A stretch of 20,000 bases of DNA from an uncultured virus (IMG/VR IMGVR_UViG_3300008261_000010) (IMGVR_UViG_3300008261_000010), one strand, 5' to 3'. Shown: positions 1-7,110, counted from the stretch's first letter. Notes: generated from the letters alone by a model not told the origin. Translations and numbers: made by a program.

Positions 1-1299
1 CGTGTCGCCTACATCACGCCGGACGCGGTGAGCGGCGATCAGAACCTCTACGCACGCCAGTACCGCGAGGAGCTGCGCAACGCCATGGGTGGCGTTGACG
101 AGCTGGGCATCAGCTCCGGCGCGACGGCATATGAAGTCAAGTCGCTGTATGGCCGGGCTGCGACAACAGCCGCTCGCAAGTGCCGCGGGCTGTTGACCTA
201 CGGCCTGTGCAAGCTGCTGGCACTTGTGCTGTTCAACGAAGAAAAGATCTTCCGCGAATCCTTTGCCGCTGCCGTTGGCCTCGAGGAGCCGCCCGTGCCG
301 TTGCGTGAGGAGTTTGCGGATGCCGAGCAATACCAAGAGGCGGTTGCAGCATTCCAGGAGGCATACCAGCAATTCGAGCAAGCGCTGGAAGCCCAGATTG
401 CCGAAGCGGTGCAAGCACGTCAGCTTCCGCCCGGTGTGGTTGGGCTGATCCCTGACGGCGATCGAAAGATCGAGTGGCGCTGGAAGGGGCCAGTCTTTGA
501 GGATTCCACAGAAGATATACTGAACTCAAGCATTGTTGTGCGCAACCTGCAGGAGCTCGGTGTTAACAGCATCGAGGCCCTCAGGTACCTCTTCCCGGAT
601 AAAACCGACGAAGAGCGCAGCGCAATGCTTAGTGGCTATCCATTCCGAATGGCTCAAGCCACGCAGCAAAGCATTGGCACCTTCCTGTCGCTGATTCAAA
701 ACATGCGACAGACCCCGCATCCGCAGGCTCCGGACCTCCCCCTGCTGGCGGATCCCAAGCTCGATTTGACGCCCTACGTCTATCGAGCCCTCGAATTCCT
801 TAAGAGAGAACTGACCTATGCAGGACAGTACAACGATGGCGACGGCAGTGGCGACCCCGCAGCCCTCGATCCCATCCAGCGTGGCCGCGCCGACCGTGGC
901 CTCCCCGTCGATGCCGCAGGCACCCCAAGCTTCGTACCCGACGGCTCAACCCCAGGCTCCGGCTTACTCCCCGGAAGCTCCGGTTTCAGTGCCTCAGGCC
1001 AACCCGTGGCAGGCGGCGTACCAGGGTCTGCTCGCCAGCTTGAGCGCGACGCCGCAATCCCAGCCCCAGGCGTCCTACTCGGCACCGACCCAACAGGCGG
1101 CCCCTACCCCGGCGGCCTACCTGCAAGCACCGGTGAGCTACCAGGCGGCTCCCTCCGTTACGGCGCCGCTGACCTCAGCATTCCCACAAACGGCGGCCTA
1201 TTCCCAGGCGATGCCGGCACAGGCGCCGAGCTACAGCAGCGAGCAGAGCGCAGCCGCGAGCGACGAGTATCTGCAAAGCGTCAGCAGCGAAAGTCTTGA
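1..1299 (+). CDS. Putative portal protein, C-terminal part (5' truncated by window edge)
   Basis: Frame 1 is open from base 1 (RVAYITPDAVSGDQ...). Helical portal-like C-terminal features (IEWRWKGPVFEDSTEDILN...LQELGVNSIEALRYLFPD). Lies upstream of the scaffold-like and capsid genes. The last ~160 codons are low-complexity and overlap the next gene. Confidence 0.7.
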   Translation, partial: RVAYITPDAVSGDQNLYARQYREELRNAMGGVDELGISSGATAYEVKSLYGRAATTAARKCRGLLTYGLCKLLALVLFNEEKIFRESFAAAVGLEEPPVPLREEFADAEQYQEAVAAFQEAYQQFEQALEAQIAEAVQARQLPPGVVGLIPDGDRKIEWRWKGPVFEDSTEDILNSSIVVRNLQELGVNSIEALRYLFPDKTDEERSAMLSGYPFRMAQATQQSIGTFLSLIQNMRQTPHPQAPDLPLLADPKLDLTPYVYRALEFLKRELTYAGQYNDGDGSGDPAALDPIQRGRADRGLPVDAAGTPSFVPDGSTPGSGLLPGSSGFSASGQPVAGGVPGSARQLERDAAIPAPGVLLGTDPTGGPYPGGLPASTGELPGGSLRYGAADLSIPTNGGLFPGDAGTGAELQQRAERSRERRVSAKRQQRKS

Positions 1300-1816
1300 A
1301 GTTCTCCAGCACTTCGGCGCTGAAGCCCCTGCCCTGCTGAATCGCTACGCCTGCGTCGTCGAGGACGCTCTCCTCGCCCAGGCCCAGCAGACCGCTCAGG
1401 CTCTGCAGCAAATCCAGGCCATCCAGGGTCAACTGCAGAACTCACACACCGTGATCGAGGCTGCCGCTGAGGACAATGCCGCGTATCACACCCTGCTGAC
1501 CAATCCCGAGATCCTCGCTGAGTACGTCAACGAGTTCTTCGGTCCCGAAGGTCCCTACCCCACCGAGCTTCCCCAGGATCGCCTGGCCGCTGAGGTTGCC
1601 GCGAACGAGCGTCGCTTTGCCCCCCCGGCTGCGACCTATCAGCGCCCGCAAATGGAAATGCCCGCTCCCGACGTGCAGGCAACCAATGGCGGCGGTGATG
1701 ATTTCTGGGCCACCTTCTCTGCCATCAGCGAGCGCAATCCCGCCGCTGCATGGCAGATGCTGAGCCAGGCTTCCCCCGAAGCGCTGCGCAGCAAGGTGCT
1801 GGTATCTGAAGGCTGA
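818..1816 (+). CDS. Putative capsid scaffolding/assembly protein
   Basis: 332 aa. Pro/Ala/Gln-rich disordered N-half, central coiled coil (LLAQAQQTAQALQQIQAIQGQLQ), short helical C-terminal motif (DFWATFSAISERNPAAAWQML). Position between portal and capsid. Start could be ATG 818 or 836. Confidence 0.6.
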   Translation: MQDSTTMATAVATPQPSIPSSVAAPTVASPSMPQAPQASYPTAQPQAPAYSPEAPVSVPQANPWQAAYQGLLASLSATPQSQPQASYSAPTQQAAPTPAAYLQAPVSYQAAPSVTAPLTSAFPQTAAYSQAMPAQAPSYSSEQSAAASDEYLQSVSSESLEVLQHFGAEAPALLNRYACVVEDALLAQAQQTAQALQQIQAIQGQLQNSHTVIEAAAEDNAAYHTLLTNPEILAEYVNEFFGPEGPYPTELPQDRLAAEVAANERRFAPPAATYQRPQMEMPAPDVQATNGGGDDFWATFSAISERNPAAAWQMLSQASPEALRSKVLVSEG

Positions 1817-1831
1817 GGCCAGGAGAGCGAG

Positions 1832-2119
1832 ATGGCAAACCTGCCCCCCGGCCTGCCGGCGCACTTTAATCCCGTCGCTGCTGAACTGAAGGCAGGGCCA
1901 GCACCTGCGCAAATGCAGCAATCGCTGCAGCAGGAAGCGACCCGCCAGGATGTACGCAACGAAGCGCGCGAAGCCGCAGCGAATGCTCTGGTTCAACGCG
2001 CGAAGAAGGCCGTGCAACTTGCTGTTTTGCAGCAAGGAAGTGGCGACCCTAGGGCTACTCTGCCGGGCCTGACGACAATCGCAGATCGACCGGAGCTCCT
2101 GAATAATATCGGGCTCTGA
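1832..2119 (+). CDS. Hypothetical protein (95 aa)
   Basis: AGGAG Shine-Dalgarno at 1821-1825 before the ATG; fills the gap between neighbouring genes. Confidence 0.7.
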   Translation: MANLPPGLPAHFNPVAAELKAGPAPAQMQQSLQQEATRQDVRNEAREAAANALVQRAKKAVQLAVLQQGSGDPRATLPGLTTIADRPELLNNIGL

Positions 2120-2130
2120 ACGAGGCTGGT

Positions 2131-2136
2131 TAGATT
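2131..2136 (+). promoter_or_regulatory. Putative -10 element TAGATT
   Basis: GGTTAGATTAGG in the intergenic gap, 22 nt before ATG 2159; member of a recurrent motif family. Confidence 0.45.
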
Positions 2137-2158
2137 AGGGCTACGGCGTCAAACGTGA

Positions 2159-2482
2159 ATGCGTTTAGCGGGCAGCCCTGAGCTATTCGATGCCCTGGTT
2201 CGGCAATATGCCGGCCGGGGCATTCCTCGTGGAGCCGCGCAGCACTTGGCCGCTGAGATTGCGACAGGCGATCAGCAGGTCGAGAGCAAGCTTGACGCAT
2301 TCTTTGGTTTGTACGAGTTGCTGCAGTCGAAGGGCTACAGCGAGTCAGCGGCGCAACATCTGGCCGTTGAAATGATGGAAGGTCGAGAGCCAATGGCGCA
2401 TTCGACACGTCGCTTTGCTGGCATTTATGGCGATTCATCCCCAGACGCTGTCATTAGCGACACGCTTGATCGAGGAATTTGA
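2159..2482 (+). CDS. Hypothetical protein with two internal helical repeats
   Basis: 107 aa. Repeats RGIPRGAAQHLAAEIATG and KGYSESAAQHLAVEMMEG. The 3' end overlaps the endolysin start. Confidence 0.7.
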   Translation: MRLAGSPELFDALVRQYAGRGIPRGAAQHLAAEIATGDQQVESKLDAFFGLYELLQSKGYSESAAQHLAVEMMEGREPMAHSTRRFAGIYGDSSPDAVISDTLDRGI

Positions 2483-3593
2483 AGGGATTGAGCTTCAGGC
2501 CTACCTCGATCCAGTCGGCATCCCGACGATTTGCGCTGGGCTGACGCGCTATCCCAACGGAGAGCCAGTCCGCATGGGTGATGTTTGCGATCACCGCATC
2601 TGCAAGCGCCACCTGGAAGAACTGCTGCGCCGTCAATACATACCAGCCATGGAATGTATACCAGGCTGGGACAGGCTAGGCCCTAAGCGCCAATCGGTTC
2701 TGCTGAGCTTTGCGTGGAATCTCGGTGCAAAGTTCTATGGCAGTGCGGGGTTTGAGACCATCACCCGAGTCCTGCGCGATGGCGCCTCAAGAGCCGAGAT
2801 CTATCAGCAGATGCCCCAGGCACTCATGCTGTACGTCAAGGCAGGCGGAAGGACACTGGCTGGGCTAGTCAATCGTCGCAAGCGCGAAGGCGAAATCTGG
2901 CAACAAGAAGACGACGGAACCATGAAATTCATCGCACAACAGGACACGCTCCTCAAGAAAGCGGCCATCGACAGTCACTACCTCTCTGACGCCGGTAAGC
3001 GACCGGTCGCCAAAGGGGAGTTACTGGCAATCAGCCGGCTCGATGAAATCCCCGGCGACAGTCACGCCTGGGTGTCACTCAACGGGAGCGGCGAGCGTTG
3101 GGCGCTGTTCATGCCCCACTGGCTCGAGGAGCAAGCCAAGCCTGCACCAGCAGCTGCACCCAAGATTAACTGGAATGACTTTAGCTGCCCGGTCGGGAAA
3201 TACATCACGGTCGGCGAGGTGCTGCAATATGACGCGCGCCGCAAGCCCAAAGCAGGCAGCGCGGAAGAGAAAGCCATCATTGAGGTGTGCAAGCAATTTG
3301 ATGCGATCCGCTCGGCATGGGCCGGCCCCATCGGTATCACCAGTGGTTATCGCCCGGAGCCGATCAATAGCCAGGTGGGCGGCGTACCAGGGAGTTATCA
3401 CGTCAAAGGAATGGCGCTTGATATCTATCCCATCGGCGAATCCCTGCAACGCTTTCATGAATGGCTCGTGCAGCGCTGGAGCGGAGGGTACGGCGACGGA
3501 CGACCAAAGGGATTCATCCATATCGATACACGCAATAACGGAAAGTTCAGCCCCCGCGCTGGAGTCAGACCAGCAGCAATCTGGGATTACTGA
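2427..3593 (+). CDS. Endolysin: GH24 phage lysozyme domain fused to a C-terminal M15-family Zn peptidase
   Basis: N-terminal EFEG...AYLDPVGIPTICAG (E-D-T triad of GH24 lysozymes) and GLVNRRKRE. C-terminal ITSGYR...N..VGG...SYH..G.A.D...FIHIDTR (Peptidase_M15 H/D/H zinc ligands). ATG 2427 preferred over TTG 2415. Confidence 0.88.
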   Translation: MAIHPQTLSLATRLIEEFEGIELQAYLDPVGIPTICAGLTRYPNGEPVRMGDVCDHRICKRHLEELLRRQYIPAMECIPGWDRLGPKRQSVLLSFAWNLGAKFYGSAGFETITRVLRDGASRAEIYQQMPQALMLYVKAGGRTLAGLVNRRKREGEIWQQEDDGTMKFIAQQDTLLKKAAIDSHYLSDAGKRPVAKGELLAISRLDEIPGDSHAWVSLNGSGERWALFMPHWLEEQAKPAPAAAPKINWNDFSCPVGKYITVGEVLQYDARRKPKAGSAEEKAIIEVCKQFDAIRSAWAGPIGITSGYRPEPINSQVGGVPGSYHVKGMALDIYPIGESLQRFHEWLVQRWSGGYGDGRPKGFIHIDTRNNGKFSPRAGVRPAAIWDY

Positions 3594-3599
3594 GCTCGT

Positions 3600-3605
3600 T
3601 AGACT
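3600..3605 (+). promoter_or_regulatory. Putative -10 element TAGACT
   Basis: CGTTAGACT just after the endolysin stop; the same 9-mer occurs at 11752-11760. Confidence 0.55.
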
Positions 3606-3637
3606 TGCTTTAACGCGTAGACACCTGGCGAGCACAC

Positions 3638-4087
3638 ATGGCCGTCATCGACAAGATCAATCGCAAAGGTATTGACGGCAAGCGGGTGATCACGGGACCC
3701 GCCGAGCTGGTCGGCCCTAAGTCAGGTGATACCAAGAGCGATTTCGCTCGACTCAGTGGCATTCGCGGCTCGGTTGATCAGTACGAAATCACTGATGGCG
3801 CTGGAACCAATGCCGGCGCCTATACCGTGACTGTGCGGCCCTACAGCGAGAACGGCTTCACCCAATCGCATCGCGCCGTTGGGGAGATCGCAGTGCTGCG
3901 CCAGATCGACGGCACTGCCACCCCCTTGGCAAGTATTGGCTGCCTGGGCCGGAAGAAGCCCGCTAACGGTGCGGCGGCAGTCATACTGGGCCCCTTTACC
4001 GTGCTCGCCGGTGATCGCCTCTGGGTGGTTGTCGAGCGCAAGGATCACTCGACGCTGAAGTATCAGCTCGAGGTGGACTTCGTCTGA
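3638..4087 (+). CDS. Hypothetical protein, probably beta-rich virion protein
   Basis: 149 aa ATG ORF with its own upstream -10-like box; alternating hydrophobic pattern. Confidence 0.65.
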   Translation: MAVIDKINRKGIDGKRVITGPAELVGPKSGDTKSDFARLSGIRGSVDQYEITDGAGTNAGAYTVTVRPYSENGFTQSHRAVGEIAVLRQIDGTATPLASIGCLGRKKPANGAAAVILGPFTVLAGDRLWVVVERKDHSTLKYQLEVDFV

Positions 4088-4094
4088 TACCTGG

Positions 4095-4122
4095 CAGGTA
4101 TTGGCTACAGCCCCAATACCTG
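4095..4122. terminator. Perfect 10-bp inverted repeat between convergent genes (putative bidirectional terminator)
   Basis: CAGGTATTGG-ctacagcc-CCAATACCTG between the + stop at 4087 and the - stop at 4127; no clear U-tract. Confidence 0.6.
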
Positions 4123-4126
4123 AGCG

Positions 4127-4258
4127 TTACTTGCCTTGGCCGCGGCTGAGCTTGCGGCCGTGGCTGGCCTTGCTGCGGCGGCCCTGTCCTTGGCGCGTGA
4201 GCTTTTCGACGGGCTCTTTGTGGACGGCGCCGGTCGGGGATTTCTTGGGCTTAACCAT
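4127..4258 (-). CDS. Small highly basic peptide (43 aa), cyanophage-type TRQG...RGQGK family
   Basis: Manual translation: MVKPKKSPTGAVHKEPVEKLTRQGQGRRSKASHGRKLSRGQGK*. ATG overlaps the upstream stop (TGATG at 4256-4260). Below the ORF-track length cutoff. Confidence 0.75.
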   Translation of the reverse strand: MVKPKKSPTGAVHKEPVEKLTRQGQGRRSKASHGRKLSRGQGK

Positions 4259-4674
4259 CAGACCAGACGGATCGCAAAAGCGCCGGCGTTGAACTGAACG
4301 GTGTCACCAGCCACAACATCAACAGAGGTGGTGAGCTGACCAGAGGCCAGAAAATTGCCACCGGTGACGGCATCCCAGACGCCGAAGTAGGTCACGGTTG
4401 CACTGCCGGCAGCATTCGTCGTGATCTGTACCGAGTTGTTATTAGTGATCTGGAAGCCGCCACCAGGAGCCGATCCGACCGTGCTGAAGGTCGAGGTGGT
4501 CACACTCGTGCGGTTGGCGCTGCCGGTGATAGTCGATTGAACATTATTGTTTGCACCTGCTGTACCGGGGTCACCGGAGTGGAGGCTGACGAAAACAGTC
4601 GAAAGCGCAGTCGGGAAGGTCGTGCCTTTGATCCAAATCAGAATTTTGTCGGCAAGATACTGGGAAAACGCCAT
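4258..4674 (-). CDS. Putative virion structural (tail/fibre-associated) protein
   Basis: 138 aa with the pattern of a widespread small phage structural family (S.YL...L...VSLHSGDPG...VTYFGVWDA.TGGNFL...GDTVQF.AG). AAGGA Shine-Dalgarno upstream. Confidence 0.7.
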   Translation of the reverse strand: MAFSQYLADKILIWIKGTTFPTALSTVFVSLHSGDPGTAGANNNVQSTITGSANRTSVTTSTFSTVGSAPGGGFQITNNNSVQITTNAAGSATVTYFGVWDAVTGGNFLASGQLTTSVDVVAGDTVQFNAGAFAIRLV

Positions 4675-4707
4675 GTCCTTATTGGACCATTCGCGGGCAA
4701 TGAATCG

Positions 4708-4713
4708 ATTCTA
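4708..4713 (-). promoter_or_regulatory. Putative -10 element TAGAAT
   Basis: Minus strand reads CCTAGAATCG in the gap upstream of ATG 4674. Confidence 0.55.
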
Positions 4714-4734
4714 GGTAAGGCGAGTCATGGCTTA

Positions 4735-5535
4735 TCAGTAGCCATATCCACCGCCATACGGAGACTCGCTGCTCAAGGTTCCTTGTGACTGAGCTGAACC
4801 ACTGGCTACGCCACTGAGCTTCCAGTTCATCATCAGGCGACCGCTTGGGACCATTGTTCCGATAACGGCCCCGCGCAGAATACTGAGCGCGAGCGTTGGC
4901 AGTGCAGTACCGCCCGCTGAACCCGTTGCATTCTTGATGACGTTCGGTCGCAGCAGCGTGCCGGAGAGGGGTGCAGTTCCATCGGCTTGCCCGGTGGGCT
5001 TCACCAGCGGGATCCTGCCAACTGGGCTGAATGATCCTCGAGCAGCGCCATCAAGTAGGGCGTAGCGACCAACGGCGATCGCGATCGCAAAGGGAATGCG
5101 TTGCCACTGACTACTAGAGACCGTGACGTAATAGGTCCCGGCGGGGACCCCTAAAAGGTTTTCGTAGGCGTCTGTACCGTGGATGTCGCATTCGGTGGCG
5201 TATCCACTGGTGTCAAGAGGTATTGGTTTGCGCTCGGCGTCGAGGATTCCGACGCTTAAGAAGCGATCAGTGCTGGCACCACTGCTGAGCTTGCGCACGC
5301 TAAGCTCAACGCGACGCGGCAGGGCGACCTTGAAGTAGAGGGTGTTACTGCCGGCCTCGGATCCAATCTCGCCGGTGAGGTCCGCGATGAGGATGTCGGT
5401 CTGGCCTAGGTCCCTTGATTTGCTAACAGCGTTGTACTTGACGTAATAAGGCCGCAAGAACGACGGCAGGGTTGGATCGCTACCGCCGTAACTGGTGCGC
5501 GTGAGTTCGTGGGCCTGTGTCTGTGTCAGGGTCAT
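4735..5535 (-). CDS. Hypothetical protein with beta-sandwich-like N-half and Gly/Ala/Thr-rich C-half, possibly structural
   Basis: ORF track 4735..5538. ATG 5535 overlaps the upstream TGA (TGATG coupling). GTYYVTVSS strand is typical of Ig/PPC-like folds. Confidence 0.65.
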   Translation of the reverse strand: MTLTQTQAHELTRTSYGGSDPTLPSFLRPYYVKYNAVSKSRDLGQTDILIADLTGEIGSEAGSNTLYFKVALPRRVELSVRKLSSGASTDRFLSVGILDAERKPIPLDTSGYATECDIHGTDAYENLLGVPAGTYYVTVSSSQWQRIPFAIAIAVGRYALLDGAARGSFSPVGRIPLVKPTGQADGTAPLSGTLLRPNVIKNATGSAGGTALPTLALSILRGAVIGTMVPSGRLMMNWKLSGVASGSAQSQGTLSSESPYGGGYGY

Positions 5536-5699
5536 CACGGGTCATAGATACGGCACTCATCGGCCCATGGATTCTCCTGGCAGAAGACAAGAAACTTGCG
5601 CCGGATCCCGGAATCGAGGGGATCAGGATCGCCCATGCGTTTCACTGCAGGAAGATCGCGATCTGATTTTGGATCGTTTTCAGCACCTTGCTGAGCCAT
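5535..5699 (-). CDS. cp12: CP12-like miniprotein (C-terminal CP12 cysteine motif only), 54 aa
   Basis: Manual translation: MAQQGAENDPKSDRDLPAVKRMGDPDPLDSGIRRKFLVFCQENPWADECRIYDP*. FCxxNPxAxECRIYD is the CP12 C-terminal signature. Stop is coupled to the next ATG. Confidence 0.78.
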   Translation of the reverse strand: MAQQGAENDPKSDRDLPAVKRMGDPDPLDSGIRRKFLVFCQENPWADECRIYDP

Positions 5700-5723
5700 A
5701 TAATGCCCGCCAGGGATGCAGCA

Positions 5724-5729
5724 ATGCTA
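5724..5729 (-). promoter_or_regulatory. Putative -10 element TAGCAT upstream of the CP12-like gene
   Basis: Minus strand CTAGCATTG, 24 nt before ATG 5699. Confidence 0.4.
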
Positions 5730-5733
5730 GTCA

Positions 5734-5910
5734 ATACGCGGTTCCCTAATAATTGCCGCTTATTGGGATTGCGCGTACCAGGCGCCGCCGCACGTTGATC
5801 AGACGCACGGCGGATCACTCACCAGCTTGGGGAAACGGCAAAAATCCAAGCTCCTGGATTCGATACCCCTGACGCCGTTCTTCTTCGGGGTTACTGCTTG
5901 CGCAGCCAGG
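5734..5910 (-). ncRNA. Candidate structured non-coding RNA or cis-element
   Basis: Largest intergenic gap in the window, tiled with hairpins. G-U pairs and a GCAA tetraloop work only on the minus strand (see findings). Confidence 0.45.
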
Positions 5911-5915
5911 TAAAG

Positions 5916-6476
5916 CTAGCGCCGCAGTGTAGGCAACTTGCAGCGGGGTAGAACCTTGCGCAGATCATGAATGAGATCGTCGGCAAAGATGCCATGAAAT
6001 TCAAGGCGACCCCTTTGCACCAGAGCAGGCGTGTGACCAAGGTCAAGGGCCCAAGCGCGGAGATGCTGAGTTTCTTCGGCGTCAGCCCAGGAACGCAGGA
6101 TCGCTTTGTTCTTGGCCACTGTCCCTGTATCGCACCAGAGTGCCGCTAACCCTTGAGCGCCAGCAATCTTGAGAACTTCAGGCGTAAGGCGACGCTGATC
6201 GCGGAAGTAAAGCAGCTCGTAAACCCGGTAGAGATCAGGGCTGTGGACGCGAATGCGGCGATCGTCGTAGAAGCCGCTGCCCTGGACAATGTCAGAGGCA
6301 GCCTCGAGCTTGCCATCATGCGCCTTGTGCAGCATGCGCAGCTGATGATTCAAATAGGTCAGATCCGTCTCCGGCCGCTTGATCTCGAGCCAAGGGCGCT
6401 TCTTCTGACCTCGCAAGCTGATCGTTCCCTTGCCCAAGCAGTAGCTCAGTGCGAGCGCTACGAATTGCGCTGACAT
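5916..6476 (-). CDS. LAGLIDADG-fold protein, degenerate (probably catalytically impaired)
   Basis: Motif 1 ALSYCLGKGTI (K where D is expected). LYRVYELLY...RRLTPEVL....AQGLAALWCDTG matches the LAGLIDADG_2-type second motif. GAGGT Shine-Dalgarno 5 nt before the ATG. Confidence 0.65.
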   Translation of the reverse strand: MSAQFVALALSYCLGKGTISLRGQKKRPWLEIKRPETDLTYLNHQLRMLHKAHDGKLEAASDIVQGSGFYDDRRIRVHSPDLYRVYELLYFRDQRRLTPEVLKIAGAQGLAALWCDTGTVAKNKAILRSWADAEETQHLRAWALDLGHTPALVQRGRLEFHGIFADDLIHDLRKVLPRCKLPTLRR

Positions 6477-7077
6477 CCCAGACCTCTTCTTGGAATAGAT
6501 GGATGCGTGATGCAGGTGCGTAGGGGGCGAGTGCCTTGCGAATCTTGCTGGCCTCTCGCTGCTGGAAGCGCAGGCGCGGATTGATGTGGGTATCGGCCAG
6601 GGTGGCTTCCGCGCCGGTCAGCACCCCGATCCACTGGCAAACGCGCAGCGCCTCATCAAAGGTTTTGCCAACGCGAGCGAGATCGACGTAGCCCTCGGGA
6701 TACACCCGCGCGCCTTCCGCCCAGAGCCAGGCCGCTGCTTTTGCGCCCAACATGTCGAGCGCGGTCTGACTGATTTCGCGCTCGCCGCTGGGGTAGAGCA
6801 GGTTGTAGACGGGGCGCAGTTTGGTCGAGGAGACCCGAAAGCGCAGCACCGAAGTGCTCCTGCCGTTGGACCTGGGCTTGGTTTTGTAGTGAACAATTTG
6901 CGCCTGAGTCGGCACAAATTGACGGAATTCTGCAACCTTCTCCTCGAGGAAGGCCGACTCCGAGGCCCCAGCGGTCAGGGTCAGCTGGATATAACCCCCG
7001 CCGGGACTGCGATATGGGACGAGGCTGCCGTCAGCCAGAAGTAAGCCGAGCAGCCCGCGGACGTCTGCAGCGTCCAA
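6316..7077 (-). CDS. LAGLIDADG homing-endonuclease-like protein
   Basis: TTG start. LLGLLLADGSL motif 1, LRPVYNLLYPSGEREIS..ALDMLG..AAAWLWAEG motif 2. The last ~54 codons overlap the downstream paralogue. Confidence 0.72.
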   Translation of the reverse strand: MDAADVRGLLGLLLADGSLVPYRSPGGGYIQLTLTAGASESAFLEEKVAEFRQFVPTQAQIVHYKTKPRSNGRSTSVLRFRVSSTKLRPVYNLLYPSGEREISQTALDMLGAKAAAWLWAEGARVYPEGYVDLARVGKTFDEALRVCQWIGVLTGAEATLADTHINPRLRFQQREASKIRKALAPYAPASRIHLFQEEVWDVSAIRSARTELLLGQGNDQLARSEEAPLARDQAAGDGSDLFESSAAHAAQGA

Positions 7078-7097
7078 TTTTTCACACTACGCAACCT

Positions 7098-7110
7098 GCT
7101 TATAGTAAGC
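7098..7110. promoter_or_regulatory. Palindromic bidirectional -10 element GCTTA-TAG-TAAGC
   Basis: + strand TATAGT (7101-7106) faces the capsid gene; - strand TACTAT (7102-7107) faces the LAGLIDADG genes. Perfect 5-bp inverted arms. Confidence 0.55.

Noticed and set aside
4101..4292. 63-aa + strand ORF, and the 84-aa + strand ORF 5495..5749
   Set aside because: They lie opposite better-supported minus-strand small genes (basic peptide, CP12-like) and show no motifs.
5734..7077. Group I intron or intein hosting the LAGLIDADG ORFs
   Set aside because: No interrupted host gene, no intein terminal residues, and no recognisable group I core; the flanking genes appear intact.
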